Positions 1-13,779 of a DNA stretch of 64,000 bases are shown one piece after another. The DNA is from Lama glama (lineage: Eukaryota), in NCBI GenBank assembly GCA_028534125.1, contig CM052817.1:84074001-84138000 (forward strand). The letters run 5' to 3'. Under the pieces are notes generated by a model. It worked only from the letters and a program-made list of their open reading frames with translations, was not told the origin of the DNA and searched no databases. Position 1 is the first letter of the stretch, and each line of letters opens with the position of its first letter. A program made the translations under genes and the position numbers.

Positions 1-75
1 GAGCTGGGTAGGTATTTGTTGGTAGAACCAGTAGAAATGGATGGCGGTCTGTTATGGGGAAGAGAGCAATAATGG

Positions 76-1123
76 TGAGGGGTGACTTTCAGATAATTTT
101 CCCTTTACCTTTCATTATTCTTGACTGAGACCTCCCTGTAATAAAAGACAGATTAACAGATGTTGACTGAAATAAAATCACACAACGTGAGAGTTGTTGG
201 TTAAGTTTTATTTGGGGCAAAATGAAGACTATAGCTCAGGAGACAGCATCTTAGAAAGCTCTGAGGAACTGCTCCGAAGAGGCAGGGGGAACTCAGTATT
301 ATATATAATTTTAGTGAAGGAGGGTTACATCCAGTCAAGCACACATTTAGGCAGAGGCTTGCCGCTAGTCACGAAGAGCAGATGTCACTGTTAATGATTT
401 TAGTGCCTTTCTAGGTATGAGGAGACTCAAGAATTTGGGCACATAAAATCTTCTCCTGAAAATATCAAACATCTGAGGGCCTGTTCTGCCAGTTTTCCCA
501 GAGCACAGAATGTCTCGTCCCTAATCTCCACCCTGAACTCCTTTCAGGAAGTGTTGGAGGTCAGTGGCTGCAGTGGCTCTTGATTTAATCTAAGCAGAGG
601 TAGATGGCAGGTGCCAACGTGATCCACTCCTTGTAGAGGGAGATGGCAAGTGCCAGTTTTTAGTTGGCACAAGAGAAAACCAAACAGAACTTTAATAACA
701 TGTATGCCTCATGTATACATGGGAGATACCTAGGAAAACTGAGTAAAACTCCCAAGTCACCATGTGAAATACGATCTTTAGCTAAAGACTAAAGAAAGAC
801 TTTAGGGGGTGGGGAGGTCAGTTATGAGAGGTTATCAGGAAAAGTAAAATAAACAAGGGTAAGGTTGTTATGCAGATGTAAGTGTCTTCCATTGATAAGA
901 GTTTCTTGTGACTTAGAGTCATCCTTCTTTCCCTGGTACAGAGAGGGAGATACCCTTACAAATGGAGATTTCCCTTATAAACATAAATTTCCCTTACAAA
1001 AGAGTAAATTCCACTCATGTTTAGAAATTCTCCTGTGTACACTTTTCCTGAAAAATAATCAGCTCAAAATAATTCTTAAGCCAAAAAGGCATATTTTGGG
1101 ATGACATATTCTGCTACCATTCG
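76..1123 (-). mobile_element. MER34-like ERV1 solo LTR, interrupted by a second LTR at 161-669
   Basis: Near-colinear with the copy at 1581-2150 (aaacagattaacag...aaataaycagctyaaaataat...ttttggg). Reverse complement of the right end resembles the recalled MER34 5' end (gccaccccaaaatatgcc...ttggc). Ends approximate. Confidence 0.75.
161..669 (-). mobile_element. ERV1-type solo LTR (cetartiodactyl/laurasiatherian family) nested in MER34-like LTR
   Basis: TG...CA termini with imperfect inverted ends (tgttgactgaaa / ttttagttggca). Minus-strand AATAAA ~207 and TATA-like ~300. Host sequence resumes at 670 as in the uninterrupted 1581-2150 copy. Confidence 0.8.
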
Positions 1124-1281
1124 GTTGCCACCTCATTTTTTTGTTTCTGCTACCTGTAAATGTGAGCTAATAGCAGGACTTGGACAAATAGTTGTGATTG
1201 ACTGATATGCTATAGCATATTTTAAAAATGAAAAAAGCTTTGCTAATCACCTCATCCTCCAGTGTTTGCCAGAATCACAGC

Positions 1282-2323
1282 TGTGACACACTACTAGATG
1301 ATCCCCAAATACTTTCCCCCTTCTTCTAGAGTAATAGAGTTTTAGCTGGATCCATGGTCACTCAGCTAGAAACTCCATTTCCTAGGTACTCTTGCCGTTG
1401 GATGAGGCCATGTCACTGAAGTCAGGCCAAGTGATGAGAGTGGAAGTGATGTGTGTCATTTCCAGAACTTGCCCTTGAGATAGTAGGCCAGTGCTCCCAT
1501 TTGGTTTGGCCCCTTGCCCCGAAGTGAAACAGGACTCTTTTGTAACTTAATTTTGACAATGCAGATTAAGTAAAATGCCATGTAGAAAAATTTCCCTTTT
1601 CTCTTCTAGGTTCTTTGGTTCTAGGTTCTGGTCTAATAATTAAATTGATATAAAACAGATTAACAGGAGAAAAACAAACAAAAGTTTAATAACATGTATA
1701 CCTGCTGTATACGTGAGGGATGCCCAGGAAAATTGAGTAACTCTCTGCAATGGCTGAAGTCATCACCTTAAATACCAACTTCAGTTAAAGACAAAATAAG
1801 ATGTTGGAAGAGGGGAGTCAATTATGGGAGGTTACTAGGAAAAGCACAGTAAACAAGGGTAAGGTTGTTATACAGATTGAAGTTGTTGCCTTCTCCATTG
1901 ACAAGAGTTTCTTATGATTTAGAGTCATCCTTGTCTTCCTGTACAGAGAGGGAGACACATTTACAAATGAAAATTTCCCTTGTGCATGTAAATGGTTGTT
2001 TTTTGTTTTGTTTTGTTTTTTACAAAAGGCTAACTTCTACTCAATTTTCAGAGCTTCTTTCATGTCTGGCGTTTTTAAAAAATAACCAGCTTAAAATAAT
2101 CCATATGCCAAAGAGGCGTATTTTGGGGTGGCAAAATCTGCTCCCCTTCAGCCCTAGGGGATAGTGGAGAAATAAGATAAAAGGAACCTGAATCCTTAAA
2201 TGACTTGGTGGAGCAGAGCTGCCCTGTCAGTTATTTGGGAGAGAAATAAATGTCTGCCTTCTTCAAATGTCTGTGTTTTGGGAACTTCATTACAAAAGCT
2301 TAGCCTTCAGCCTGACTAATACA
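1282..2323 (+). mobile_element. MLT1 (MaLR, MLT1J-like) LTR, interrupted at 1581-2150
   Basis: Typical MLT1 motifs (ggccatgtcactgaagt, gtggaagtgatgtgtg, aaggaacctgaatcc, gagagaaataaa, terminal cctgactaataca). Confidence 0.75.
1581..2150 (-). mobile_element. MER34-like ERV1 solo LTR
   Basis: TG...CA ends, flanks gcca/gccc (4-bp TSD, 1 mismatch). Reverse complement begins tgaaggggagcagattttgccaccccaaaatacgcctctttggcat. Confidence 0.8.
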
Positions 2324-2589
2324 ATCGGTAAACTCAGTTCACGTCTTTATTCCTTAGTGTCCCCCATTATTCAAAGGAAAAATGGATACATTGAGAAGTT
2401 TTTGAAACATTAATAAAATAATTCTCCCAATTCTGCTCCTCATGTTGGTGAATACTTGTTCTCCTAATGTGTTGAAGAATTACAGAATCATAAAATGGAA
2501 GCAGAGTTAAAATCAGACATAGGGGCACTCAAGGTAGGTTAATACTTTGGTGAACATTGGGGTATTTGTGGCCGTTTAGTAATTTGGCA

Positions 2590-3390
2590 CAACAACAAAT
2601 ATTCTTATTTTTTCCCCATAGTATCCAGTTTTTTTCTTGTAGCTTCAATTCAATTTTCTTTTTAATCTTTTTAGATGTTCTTTTTAAAATAGCCTATTCC
2701 AGATTATTCTACTATCTCAATTATATGGGGGTGCTAATCCTCCATAATTTTTGTGTCTGCTCACTCTCAGGGTAGATCATTCCTGCATATGCTTTGTGAG
2801 CTCATCTTCAGCTGGAATGGTTTTTTTTAATAAAGTCTGTGTGCCCTAGAGAATGGTTTAGGTTTGCTTTTGTCATATGCCAGGCTGGGGCCAGTTTTTA
2901 TGTTCATTTCTAGCACTTCTCAATGTAAATGTGAACTGGTAAACTGGACGTGTCACAGACCTATGTTTTTCATTTTTCACCCAAATGCTCTGGGAAGAGA
3001 CACCCTCCCTTGCATCTCTTGTGACTTCCCTGAGGATGATGAACAGGTGTTTTTAGTCCCTTTCACTCTGGGCATTGAACTTTGTGGGTACCAGTTTTAG
3101 TTAAGGATTTAATTTCTAGCTTCCTGTCTCGTATGAGCCCAAGGCCGTATCTCCTGGCACCCATCACAACTAACACCCTAGTACTTAGTGGAAAGTACTA
3201 ATTTTTGATCCAGTCCCCTTCCTGGGCCACTGTCACTACTTCAATTTTATACTTACTTTTTATTTCTGATACTTGAATATCCTTTCTTTTAATCTCGACT
3301 ATGTTAAAAATTATTGTTATATTATGTCGGTCATTTTTAGTCTGTAAGATGAAGGGGTTCTGCATTAGCTTAGTTGACCACATGCTGACA
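2590..3390 (-). mobile_element. Highly diverged HAL1/old L1-like fragment
   Basis: T-rich degenerate LINE-like text resembling 22790-23160. Family call tentative. Confidence 0.35.
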
Positions 3391-4292
3391 TGAGATGCCT
3401 TTAAGTGCTTTTTAATATTTATTTAGCAGAAAGGCTGAAGTCTTTTTGTTTGTCATGTTGTTCACTGGTCTATCCCCAGCACCACAAACAGAACATGGCG
3501 TATATAGATCACTCACTATACCTGTATTGAATAAATGAATGAATGCTGGGTGGCAGGACTCAGCCTCTCCTGGGCATTCTAGCTCTGGATCCACATATGC
3601 AAATCCCACCCTATAAAACAAGAGTCTGGTAGTTGTCCCAGTCTCACCTCATTAGAACACAATTGAGAGCTCTTCAACCAGGGCTTTGTCATACCCCTTG
3701 GGAGTCTTCTTTTTCTCACCCCAGGCATCTTTTTAAAGCATTCTTTTCAACCACATTCAATATACTCCCTGAAAGGAGGCCTAATAAGTATAATTTTCGA
3801 TACTCTTAGGTTATATTTTCAGTGGAATTTGAGCTCCCAGTCATGTTATAGTTCCTGGTAAAGGGTGCAGTCCTGGGCCTTACCTGGCTGGCCCATTGCT
3901 TGTCCATCTCAAGAAGGGAAGAGGCCGAAGTCTTTCCATACCTTTGTCCATACACAGTTCTGGGAAAAGAGGATTAACTTGTAGTCAGCAGAGTTAGTAC
4001 TTTCCGTATGGTTGTGAGGGCTGAATCAAAAAACTTTCCACCAGGCGATTAGGGGCTTTCTGAAAACCTTGACAGGAAAAATGAATCAGTGGTCCCTAAG
4101 ACGTCCTGCAACTTGAGAGTATTGCAGCCACTCAGGTGCTAAAGGTGTCAGAGTTCTCTTTCTCCCACCCACATGAGAGTCTTTTACCACCAAAGATCCG
4201 AAGTACTAGGTAAAATATTTAAGCAAACAAGAAGAACATGTTTCATTGTATTCTTACATTTTATAAAGCTTTCTGTACCATTAACAGTGAGG

Positions 4293-4490
4293 CAGGCTTA
4301 GATTTATATTGGCTCTGCCACTTACTAGCTTTATGTCTTTGGCAAGTCACTTGACCTCTTGGAATCTCAGTTTTTTCATCACAGTGAGGTTAGCAGTACT
4401 CATTTTATGGGGGTAGTTATGAAGATTAAATAACGTAATGGTTGTGAAACACTTAGCACAGTGCCTTGCACAAACAGACACAATACATTT
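4293..4490 (+). mobile_element. MIR SINE
   Basis: MIR core: ggctctgccacttactagct...ggcaagtcacttgacctc...ctcagtttt...cttagcacagtgcc. Confidence 0.85.
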
Positions 4491-5049
4491 TAGGTACATT
4501 TATTCCTGTCTCCTTCCCTATCCAGGCTCCATATAGGGACAGATACTGCATAGAACTTATTTTAAACCTGTGAACCTCACTTCTTGAGAACCACAGACTT
4601 GATCCTGAAAGTTGCCTATACACTGAAGGTTTTATAAATCAAATCCTATTTTAAATGTGCAGAGGAACTTTTTGACAGAGCCTCTATCCCTTAAAGTCAT
4701 TGTGGGTTTGGCATCCTGTTCAACCTGACTGGGGCCAGAGGAAGTGAACTATAATGACATGCAGATGCATCATTGCTCTGTGGAAACAGTGTTTGGGTCC
4801 AGATGGGGTTAGGGAGAAAGGCCTGATAGTTCCTGTTGAGACAGGAATGCTGGTCCACTGAGCTTGCTGGTGAGGAGAGAAAGATAATGGAGTTTATGGG
4901 GGGAAAATGCAGGTTAACAGGAAGGAACTCTGGATCAACTGAGAACCTACTGGAAGAACATTAAAAACAGGTAAGGAAAAAAACACAGACAAGAGAAAGA
5001 AAAGAGACAATTAGGAAACACCCGGGATAATAGCTTGTCATCACGAAAG

Positions 5050-5242
5050 CTCCCATTTGTAAAGCACCTGTTATGTGACAGGCCCAGGCCTGGATGCTTT
5101 ATCAACAACACTTAACTTTTTCTCCCACTCTCCAATGAACTGGATATTATTACCTGCTTGGTTGATGGGAAAACTGAAGCTTCACAATATTACAGTCACT
5201 TGGCTACTAAGTGGTAGAGTCAGAATTGGGATTCAGACTCCA
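5050..5242 (-). mobile_element. MIR SINE
   Basis: Reverse MIR core: gatgggaaaactgaagct...ctaagtggtagagtcagaattgggattcagac. Confidence 0.7.
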
Positions 5243-6799
5243 ATACCCATTTTCTTCCCAGGAGGTATAGACTCAATTGGGAAGAGAGTAAGTGCCCAGA
5301 ACTATGAGAGAGTCTTGCCATAGGGCCCCCAAAATGCTGGTGAATGGTTTTCGCATGAAGCTGAGAAAGGAAGAATTAAAGTTGAGGAGAACGAACAAAG
5401 AGCACCCTTCCTCAACAGGGTACAAAGATTGGTGGCCGACGTGCATCACACTCTTGGATGTGATCTCAAATGTGGAGCATGGCAGAGAGAGGAGGCTAGG
5501 AACGGTCCACTTTCTGAAAGAGAAATGAAACCTTTCTCTTTGATTCCTCTAAATATTGACAGAAGAAAATTACCCAAAGCGCATAGTAGCAGGAATCCAC
5601 CTGACAGTTGTCATTTTATCCCAGGGGTTTCCTATAAAGGAATCCTGTGGTGAGTCTTGAAGAGAATGTAAGTAACATCCTTTCTCCAATTTATCTTTTC
5701 TCTAAATCTGACTTTTCAGAACTTAGATTTTTTGATAGTAAATTGAAACCATAAAGAATAGATTTCCAAATATTTACCAAATGTCCTATTTATTTTGAAA
5801 AATATTCAACACCATGAAACTACAGTGTTGGGAAGATATTTGGCCACCTCCTTAATGTTCATCATAATGACTTGATTTGTGACTGAAAATAAAGTGTTAA
5901 TTAAAATAAAATTTGAGGGGGAACATCACTTTTATTTTCAAAACTTTAAGTAAATTGCCATTCAGAATTCAGCAGTTTTTACCATAGCAGGCCTGGAAAC
6001 ATGTGATATATATTTAATCACAAAGAATGCCACCCAGTGGTAACAGTGGTACTGGGGTTATGATTATGTTTTAATTCATTTTGTGCTGAAGGGCATGGCC
6101 ATTTACAGAGCCATCCTATAAAACATGTCATGTAGTAGTCACCTCATGTTATCAGCATCCTCCTGGAGGAATAGGCAGTGGATTTTTTTCCAGTTCATGC
6201 TGTGCAATCACTTCCTCATGTGTGTGAACTTTGCAGGATGTCAAGTGCCCCATTAAAAATGAATGGAGTGTTTGAAGGGCTCCTGCAAACCCTCTAATGA
6301 TATTCCCCTTTGAAAAGACAGCATTTTATTGTGTAAATTACAAAACAACACAGCCTTGCATAAAGAAAGCGGAAAACTGGCATTAAACCAAGAAAGAACC
6401 TGGACCTCAGTCTTAGATCCTGGGAGCCTTTCAAATGTTGCAACAGAATCATTTCTTTGAGTTACGTGGGAACACTGACAGACCAGGAAATCCTTTACAA
6501 TGTGGAGTTTGGTGCTAAGACTTATTCTCAGGTGGAACCCAAGTGAAGATCATTGTACTCACTGTTGGGCCTTATCCTCTGTTTCCTCAATAGCGTTATG
6601 ATTCCCACCCCCTGACCCCGTCCCCCTCAGTCACAGTGTGGGAAAACCCCTCCTTCAGTGGCTGCTGTTATCCCCAGTGTTACTGATATCACGACTACCT
6701 AACGTCGCTGTGTTCGTTTCTTTTCAGCTGAGTTTTCATAGTACTCCAAAAAGTAGAGACTCAGGGTTAGAAAGTTCCTTGAAGAGCTTAAACCTCTTT

Positions 6800-8058
6800 T
6801 CTTTTTCTTTTATTTTTTGGAGCTGCATTGGTGTATAATTGACAAAATTATAAGATATTTAAAGTGTACATTGTGATGATTTAATATATATATACATCGT
6901 GAAGGGATTCCCACCCTCAAGTTAACACATCCATCATCTCACATAGTCGTCCTTTTTTTTTTTTTTTTTTTTGGTGAGAACATTTAAGTTTCACTTTCTT
7001 AGCAAATTTCAGTTATACAATACAGTATACTATCAAGTGTAGTCACTATGTTTTACATTGTTCCTCAGACCTTATTCATTTTATAGCTGAAAGTTTATAC
7101 CCTTTACCAACGTCTGTTTCAAAGGCCCTCCCCCACTGCCCCAGTCCCTTTTCTGGCAACCAGTTTTATACTCTGTTTCTGTGAGTTTGACTTTTTTTCT
7201 TTAAGATTTTACACATAAATGATACCATGCAGAATTTGTCTTTCTCTATCTGACTTATTTCACTTAGTATAATGTCCTCAGAATCCATCTGTGTTGTCAC
7301 AAGTGGCAGTTTTCCTTTTTTCTTATGTCTGAATAATATTCCATTGTATGTATGCCACATCTTCTTTATGCATTTATCCATTGATGGACACATAGGTTGT
7401 TTCCATGTCTTAGCTATTGTGAATAATGCTGCAGTGAACCTGGTGTACAGATATCTTTTCAAATGAGTGTTTTTGTTTTCTTTGGCTATATACTCAGAAG
7501 TAGGATTGCTGAATTATATGGTAGTTCTATTTTTAATTTTCAGAGAAACTTTCATATTGTTTTCTATACTTGGCTATACCATTTACATTTCCCACCAACA
7601 GTGCACAAGGGTTCCTTTTCTCCACATCCTTGCCAACACTTGTTACTTCTTGTCTTTTTGTTAATAGGCATTCTATCAGGTTTAAAGTGGTATCTCATTA
7701 TAGGTTTTATTTGCATTTCCCTGATGATTAATGATGTTGAGCACTTTTCACGTACCAGTTTGTCAGTTTTATGTCCTCTATGGAAAATGTTTGTTCAGAT
7801 CCTCTGCTCATTTTAAAATTGGATGGATTTTTTTTTTATTTTGGCTATTAAGTTGTATGACTTCTTTATATATTTTGGGTGTTAACTCCTTATCACATAG
7901 GTGATTTGCAAATATTTTTTTCCGTTTCAGTAGGTTGTCTTTTCATTTTGTTGATTTCCATTGCAGTGCAGAAGCTCTGTAATTTGATGTAGTCCCATTT
8001 GTTTATTTTAGGTGTCAAATCCACAAAATCATTGCCAAGCCCCCGTGTCAAGGACTTA
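6800..8058 (-). mobile_element. L1 3' fragment (ORF2 C-terminus + 3'UTR, L1MA-like)
   Basis: ORF 7166-7462(-) encodes FTAALFTIAKTWKQPMCPSMDKCIKKMW, the L1 ORF2p C-terminus. T-rich tail at left end. Confidence 0.95.
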
Positions 8059-11000
8059 AAACGCCTTTCGATAGCCCTCTTCCAGTTGCCTGTGCCGACA
8101 GCAGCCTCAGCCTACACCTGAGTGAATTTGTCTTCATGACATCTTCTGGCTTCTCTGCAGCTATGGAAGGGGCAGGATCATCTATGATTAGCACAGAGAA
8201 AGCAGCAGGATTTATTAAACATTTTCTGATTCTTAGACATTGTTCCCAGTGTGGAGATACCCTGGGGCTCTTTGATTTTCATGGCTTCCTGATTATTTGG
8301 AAAAGGACCTTTTTTTGACATTTTGTGGATTTTATAATTTCTATTTAAAGGTGTATCTTACATCTGGGTATATTGTTGTTGTGTTCATTTTAGACAGAGT
8401 AATATGGGCAGAAACATACTTTCATGCTGTAAAATTGTTAGCTTATTAAAACTATCATCTGACACTTAGCTCTGAATTATTTATATTTTTTCATGACTTT
8501 TTTTTCTCATAAACTGTTGACAGTGATAACAGGACCAGGGCTATAAGCTGGTAAAGGAAAGTGACTGACTTGTCTGCTTTTCTTGACCTTAGGGAAAGTT
8601 GCAGACAGCATTATCTTTATCATGACTTGTCACTTTATATATACCTACTACTTAAAGGTGCATTCCAGCTACCGGAGGGAAGCAATACACCTCTTTCCTT
8701 GTGCCTTGGGTTAAAAGTATGCCTAAATTCTGATAGAAGTTTACCTGTCAGAAAAGGCAGAATGTCAAGAGTCCATCCCAAAATACTGAGTCATTCTACG
8801 ACTCCTTAATGGGATCAAGAGACCAGTCCTAAAACTTCACTATAAAACTGAGTCTGCTTGGTCCACATCAGAATCAACTTGCTTCCTGGCTTCTCATTAA
8901 TCTCCTGTTCTTCATTCAATCACTGGTTAACTCCAGGTTGTTTTCTGGTTCCTCCTTTGTTTGTCACATTTCAGCTTGACATTCTAGACAGGCTATTCCT
9001 CCCCTGCTTCATCTGCCCAGCCTGAGATGGTTTACCTTCCTGGACCACCAACTTTCTCCTGAAAGAGACACACAATTGACTACTTACCCTTGTTCTCCAT
9101 ACCCCACAGAGTGTCACCTGCAAACTTGGTCTAAGCTGAGTTCTTAGATACTGCTTGGAATGAATGGCTCCTAACCAGGGAGACGTATAAATAAATACAA
9201 CTTTCCAGTGGAAGTTGAGGGATGGCATTGTGTTTAGGGTCCATGTAGCTTTTTGCCTCCTTTATCCTCATGATCCAGAAGTCTGCTTCTGCTGGGCCCA
9301 CTTCAGCCTCCCTCACAATTGCAAGGGAAAAAAAAAATCTGTAGATGGGAGAGCACATCTCATCTAGGGGACATAGCCCGAAGATAGGAATAGTAGTGAA
9401 ACCAAGAAGGTTATGTTTGATGAACTAGCTTGACCAGAGCTCATGTTTCAAGTTGGACAGTTTCAAGTAGGAGGAAGATAAGTGAAGTAAGAATATTAAA
9501 GACCATTATTAAAGAATTTGGAATTTGATAGTTAAAAATCATTTGAGATATTTTTATAAAGTACTGATTTTTAGGATAACCATTTACTTCATAAAAGGTG
9601 TAAAAACCTCTCACTAATTAGAGGGTTTATTTTCCTTGAAGTTCTCTCATTTATTGCTTTATTTTGAGACTGTGTTATTCATTGCAGCACGACTTGAGAG
9701 CTGTTACATCTTCCTTGGAAGTTGACTTTTGTTATCTGGAATGATAAATTTTGATTAAGTCTAGTTTGTGTGATATTAATACTCTAACACCAGTTCATTC
9801 TTTTCTTCTTTCTTTCTTTTCTTTTCTTTCTTTGGTTAATGTTTGCCCTACAGTGAAGTGTTCTCTTTGCTTTTGGAATATCTTGGAGTTTTTCTTCCTG
9901 CCTTCCCAACCTATCTTCACTGTGTCCTTTTGTTTTTTCTTTTTTTTTTTCCCCCTTCTACTCCTGATTACACTGAAAACCCAGGCCTTGAACCTATAGG
10001 TATGTGTACATGGATGCACATACTAACTTGTATGTGCTGCTCATTACCTTTGTCCTACGGGACTTTATCTCATGGCTTTAACTGTGACCCTGTCTTTGAA
10101 GCTAGATTTTACGTCTTCTTTCCAGTTTCATATTTCTAACTGCCTCTCAGCCTGCTTCCATCCTCTTCCCTTCAAAAATAAGCCTTTTGCCTGTATTATC
10201 ACCCCATTCTCTTTTTCTGTTGGACTTGGAATCATCTTCTTTTTTCCTTTACTCTTTGCATTATGCTGTCATAAATCCCTTGGCCCTGGCTGGAATGCTA
10301 ACAGACCCTCGGCAGTAAGTTCACAGCGAAGGAGCGAAGCCAGAGTTCGAGGGCATGGTAACTAATAGCAGCTATCTGACAGACTATCTACTGTAGTTCT
10401 TTCTCTAACTCTCAATTTGAAGCCCAGGTTATAATAACTATCCTGGAGAGCTCTTCAGTCTAAGATTCCAAAATTCTTAATCAGGGTCTTTTTGGTGAAA
10501 GTGACATTTCAGTGAAAATCTGGCAGCATTTCCCTTGATTGGAAAAGGAATCGAGACTCAGATGAAGATTCTGGGAAGCCATGACTTCACAATGTGTAAA
10601 GCCTGTGTTGATAGCTTGTGAAAAGGAATGGTAGGAAATGCCTGTCCCAATGAGGATAAGTTCTTCCTAATTAGAATATTGTTTCCAAGTTCTCCCTGGA
10701 CCCCACGATGAACTTTAAAAAGGAAAAAAAATTCTTCCTAGAAGATTTTCCATTATTTTTCTCTTTTCTGTATGAGCAGCATGGATGAAAGAGTTCTCTG
10801 ATTGAGGTTCACATCTAACTATTGGGCCATGGCAGCTGGTGTTGAGCATCACGATTGGTTGCCATACAAGGAAGCTAGTGGGGTTTGCAGTTTTAAATGT
10901 TATTGTTTTTCTCTATAGTGATATCCCTGCACTCCCCTTCGTTCTCTCTCTCTAGTGATAAAAAATGCCCTGACTTCTGTGAGAAGTTTCTAACCTTTCG

Positions 11001-12009
11001 ATATCCTCATCCAGCTTTCTTTTACTGGAGAATTGGTTTTCACTGAGAAAATGCTCCTTCTTTTTACTGAACAGTGAACTGAGAGCCCTTAAGTAGAGTG
11101 GAGAGAGATGGCAGTGGGGCAGGTCGAATTTGCCATTCTGTCCCCTGAGGAGAATGAGAAATCTAGTTCTCTGGAATCTAGAGTTTCAGGGGTCCATCTG
11201 AAAAGAAAAAGGCATTCCTTGGTTATTGTGACCTATTTAAGAATTCTGTGGAAGTTGCAATCATTTGAGGTTTTCTAAGAAAAGAAAAAGGATGTCTGAA
11301 TATAATCCTAAAAGGCAGTTAACCTGACAACAAAACACCCAGTTGCAGAGATGATTTCTTTGGAAATTGGCAAAATAGGCAAAAACCTCCCCTGGCTATT
11401 ACTAGCTGTCCCTGCTGCTACACTTTATTTCATGTGCTCTCTTCCTGGCAACACTCTTGATCTTCTTCCATGTGGGCTTCCCCAAGCTTCATGCCCAGGG
11501 GCACACACATCCTACTCCTCCCATCTGGAAAACTCTGCTCACTTTTTCCTCAACCTCTCTTCCCACCTGCCTTCAAAAAGTAGCTTAAGAACACTTTACA
11601 GAGATACCCTGAATGCCAGCTCTTCCATTATGCCCTTATTTCTTTCTCCCAACCTCCTAACTCTTAACGTCTATTAGCAGTGTATCACATCCACTGTTCT
11701 CTAATGTGGGACAGTGGAGAATGCAGGGGTAGGCTCTTTGATCAGTGGTAGGGATGGATTTCTCCTGGTCCACCCACCTCTGCCATTCAGTGTGCCAGCA
11801 GGGCTGGTGGTGCAGGCCGACTGTGGAACAGCGTGAGGCTCATCTCAGCTCAGTCGAACAGATGCAGCCTGCAGCAAGCAATGTACTGTGTCATACTTTC
11901 CTGTCCCTGATCTCTATGTACATCTGAACTTCATTGTTTCTCTTATGGCAGGTGTTTCCATAGATTTTGTGCTTGCATATATTAAGGAATGTTGCATAGT
12001 TGAAAGATG

Positions 12010-12250
12010 ATAATAAGAGCAGCTAACAATTACTGAGAACTCAGTGTTGTAGGCATTCTCTTAAGCATTCATTTAATGTGTATTAAACTCAGTAACTCAT
12101 TTAATCCTCCTATCATTCCTATGAAGTAGGTATTATCCCATTTTATGGTTGGGTAAATTAAAGTACAGAGAGATGAAGTTACTTTTCTAGGGTGACACAG
12201 CTCATAAATGCCAAAGTTCAAGGTCCTAATCCCAAGACCATGGTCACTAG
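12010..12250 (-). mobile_element. MIR SINE
   Basis: aactcatttaatcctc...cctatgaagtaggtattatcccattttat...gtgacacagct. Confidence 0.85.
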
Positions 12251-13299
12251 GCTTTGGGGCCATACAAGATATGCAGGGCTTAATGAGCATGGACTGGACT
12301 CATGAGGCAGTTTGGTCATCTGATATTCTCATTAAACTTTATTTGAAGAAGTGGCTCAGAGAGAAAGTTTATGGAGCTTAGAAATTTCATCTAGGTGAGA
12401 CCTTAGAGGTCATACTGTCAAGGAACCTGAGGCCCTGGAGCAGTTAGATGAGCGTCTTGTGGGCTTCATCTCATCTGACCTGGATCTTCCTGTCAAGGCT
12501 GCCAACAGGAATGAACAGTGCTTAGTCTGTATTGTGTGTTCACAGTGTTCCAGGTGCCAACCAGAATTCTCATAATGTGGAAGTTTTGCACCTCTGAGTT
12601 TTCTATAGTAGGACATGGCTATAGTTTTAATGTTTTAGTGATTCAAGTCATTAGAAGGTAAATATGTACAATAATTAAAACCTTTCTTATTTTATATAAA
12701 AGGAATATGTTGGAAACTTAGATTTAGAAACTAACTTTTATTTAGAACTGCCATTGCATCTAATAAAGTGTGTTCACAATCTAAATCTGACACTTTCAGG
12801 ATTATTTTACTAAAATCTAAAAAAGTAATTTGTCATACTGATCTATAAAAGTGTGAATTACCCTGGGGATTAGGAGGAGAGTTTCTGTAGTAATTAGGTG
12901 TGCCAGAAATAATTTCCTCCCTCCCCCCTTCTTCCTTCCTTTTCTACATTTACTTGCATTGGTCTTGGTCTCTCGTGTCATTCTTCCGGGATTGTCTAAC
13001 GTAATGAATTTTTCTTCCTCTCCCCTAGAAAGTACCAATATTTCCATTATTCATGGAGTGATACATGTGTGCATTTATTTGATCTTGTGGTATTTCAAAG
13101 AATAATAAAATCCCAAATCAGGAATGTCCAGGGAAAGGGAATTTTAATGGAATACATTTTTCTCTTGAACTGAGGGTTAATCAGGACCCTTCTCTCCATG
13201 ATTTTTCAGCTTCTTGGTTGCAATTTTTTTCCAAATCCATGAGTGTATTACTCTCTGGATTTTGATGAAATGAGAGGCTATCTGGTGAAAAATACAAAT

Positions 13300-13470
13300 T
13301 GGCTGGCAGTCATAAGCCCTGTGTTCAAGTCTGTTTTTTTTCACTTGCCAGCTCTATGGTCCTGGGGAGTTATAGATCTTCATTAAGCCTGCTGTACGAT
13401 GGAGATGGTAACACTTGGCTTACCTACTTCAGGGCTGTAGAGTCTATCACGTTAGATAAAGAAAGCAGAA
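13300..13470 (+). mobile_element. MIR SINE (degenerate)
   Basis: gttcaagtctg...cacttgccagctctatggtcctgggg...acctacttcagggctgt. Confidence 0.55.
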
Positions 13471-13504
13471 GAGCATTGAACAAGTCTTAGGTTTTATTTG
13501 GAAG

Positions 13505-13665
13505 ATGACAACTACTAAGTTTTGAGTGTCAGGGGCCAGGTGCTCTATACACATTATTGTCATTTCTACAACAAGCCTAAAATGTATTTTTTTTTAATAG
13601 TTGAGAAAAGTGAGGTTTGGGAGATAAGTGAATTGCCCAAGATTACATAAATAGCAGTGGAACCA
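13505..13665 (-). mobile_element. MIR SINE
   Basis: gagaaaagtgaggtttgggagataagtgaattgcccaagattaca. Confidence 0.65.
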
Positions 13666-13779
13666 ATTTCCTCTACAGCAAATTGTTTCCTTGATTAATC
13701 AAAGGCCTTTCTTCTAGGCACCAGTCCTTGCGGAGAAATAAAGTATAGAAGATTGATCAGAAGTGTACTAACCTTAGGA

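Noticed and set aside
865..2164. Two similar ORFs (865-1104, 1865-2164) suggesting a duplicated small gene
   Set aside because: Both lie inside homologous MER34-like LTR copies, so the similarity is repeat-derived.
4860..4976. Exon ending at donor AACAG|GTAAGG
   Set aside because: No convincing acceptor or recognisable coding frame; isolated donors are common by chance.
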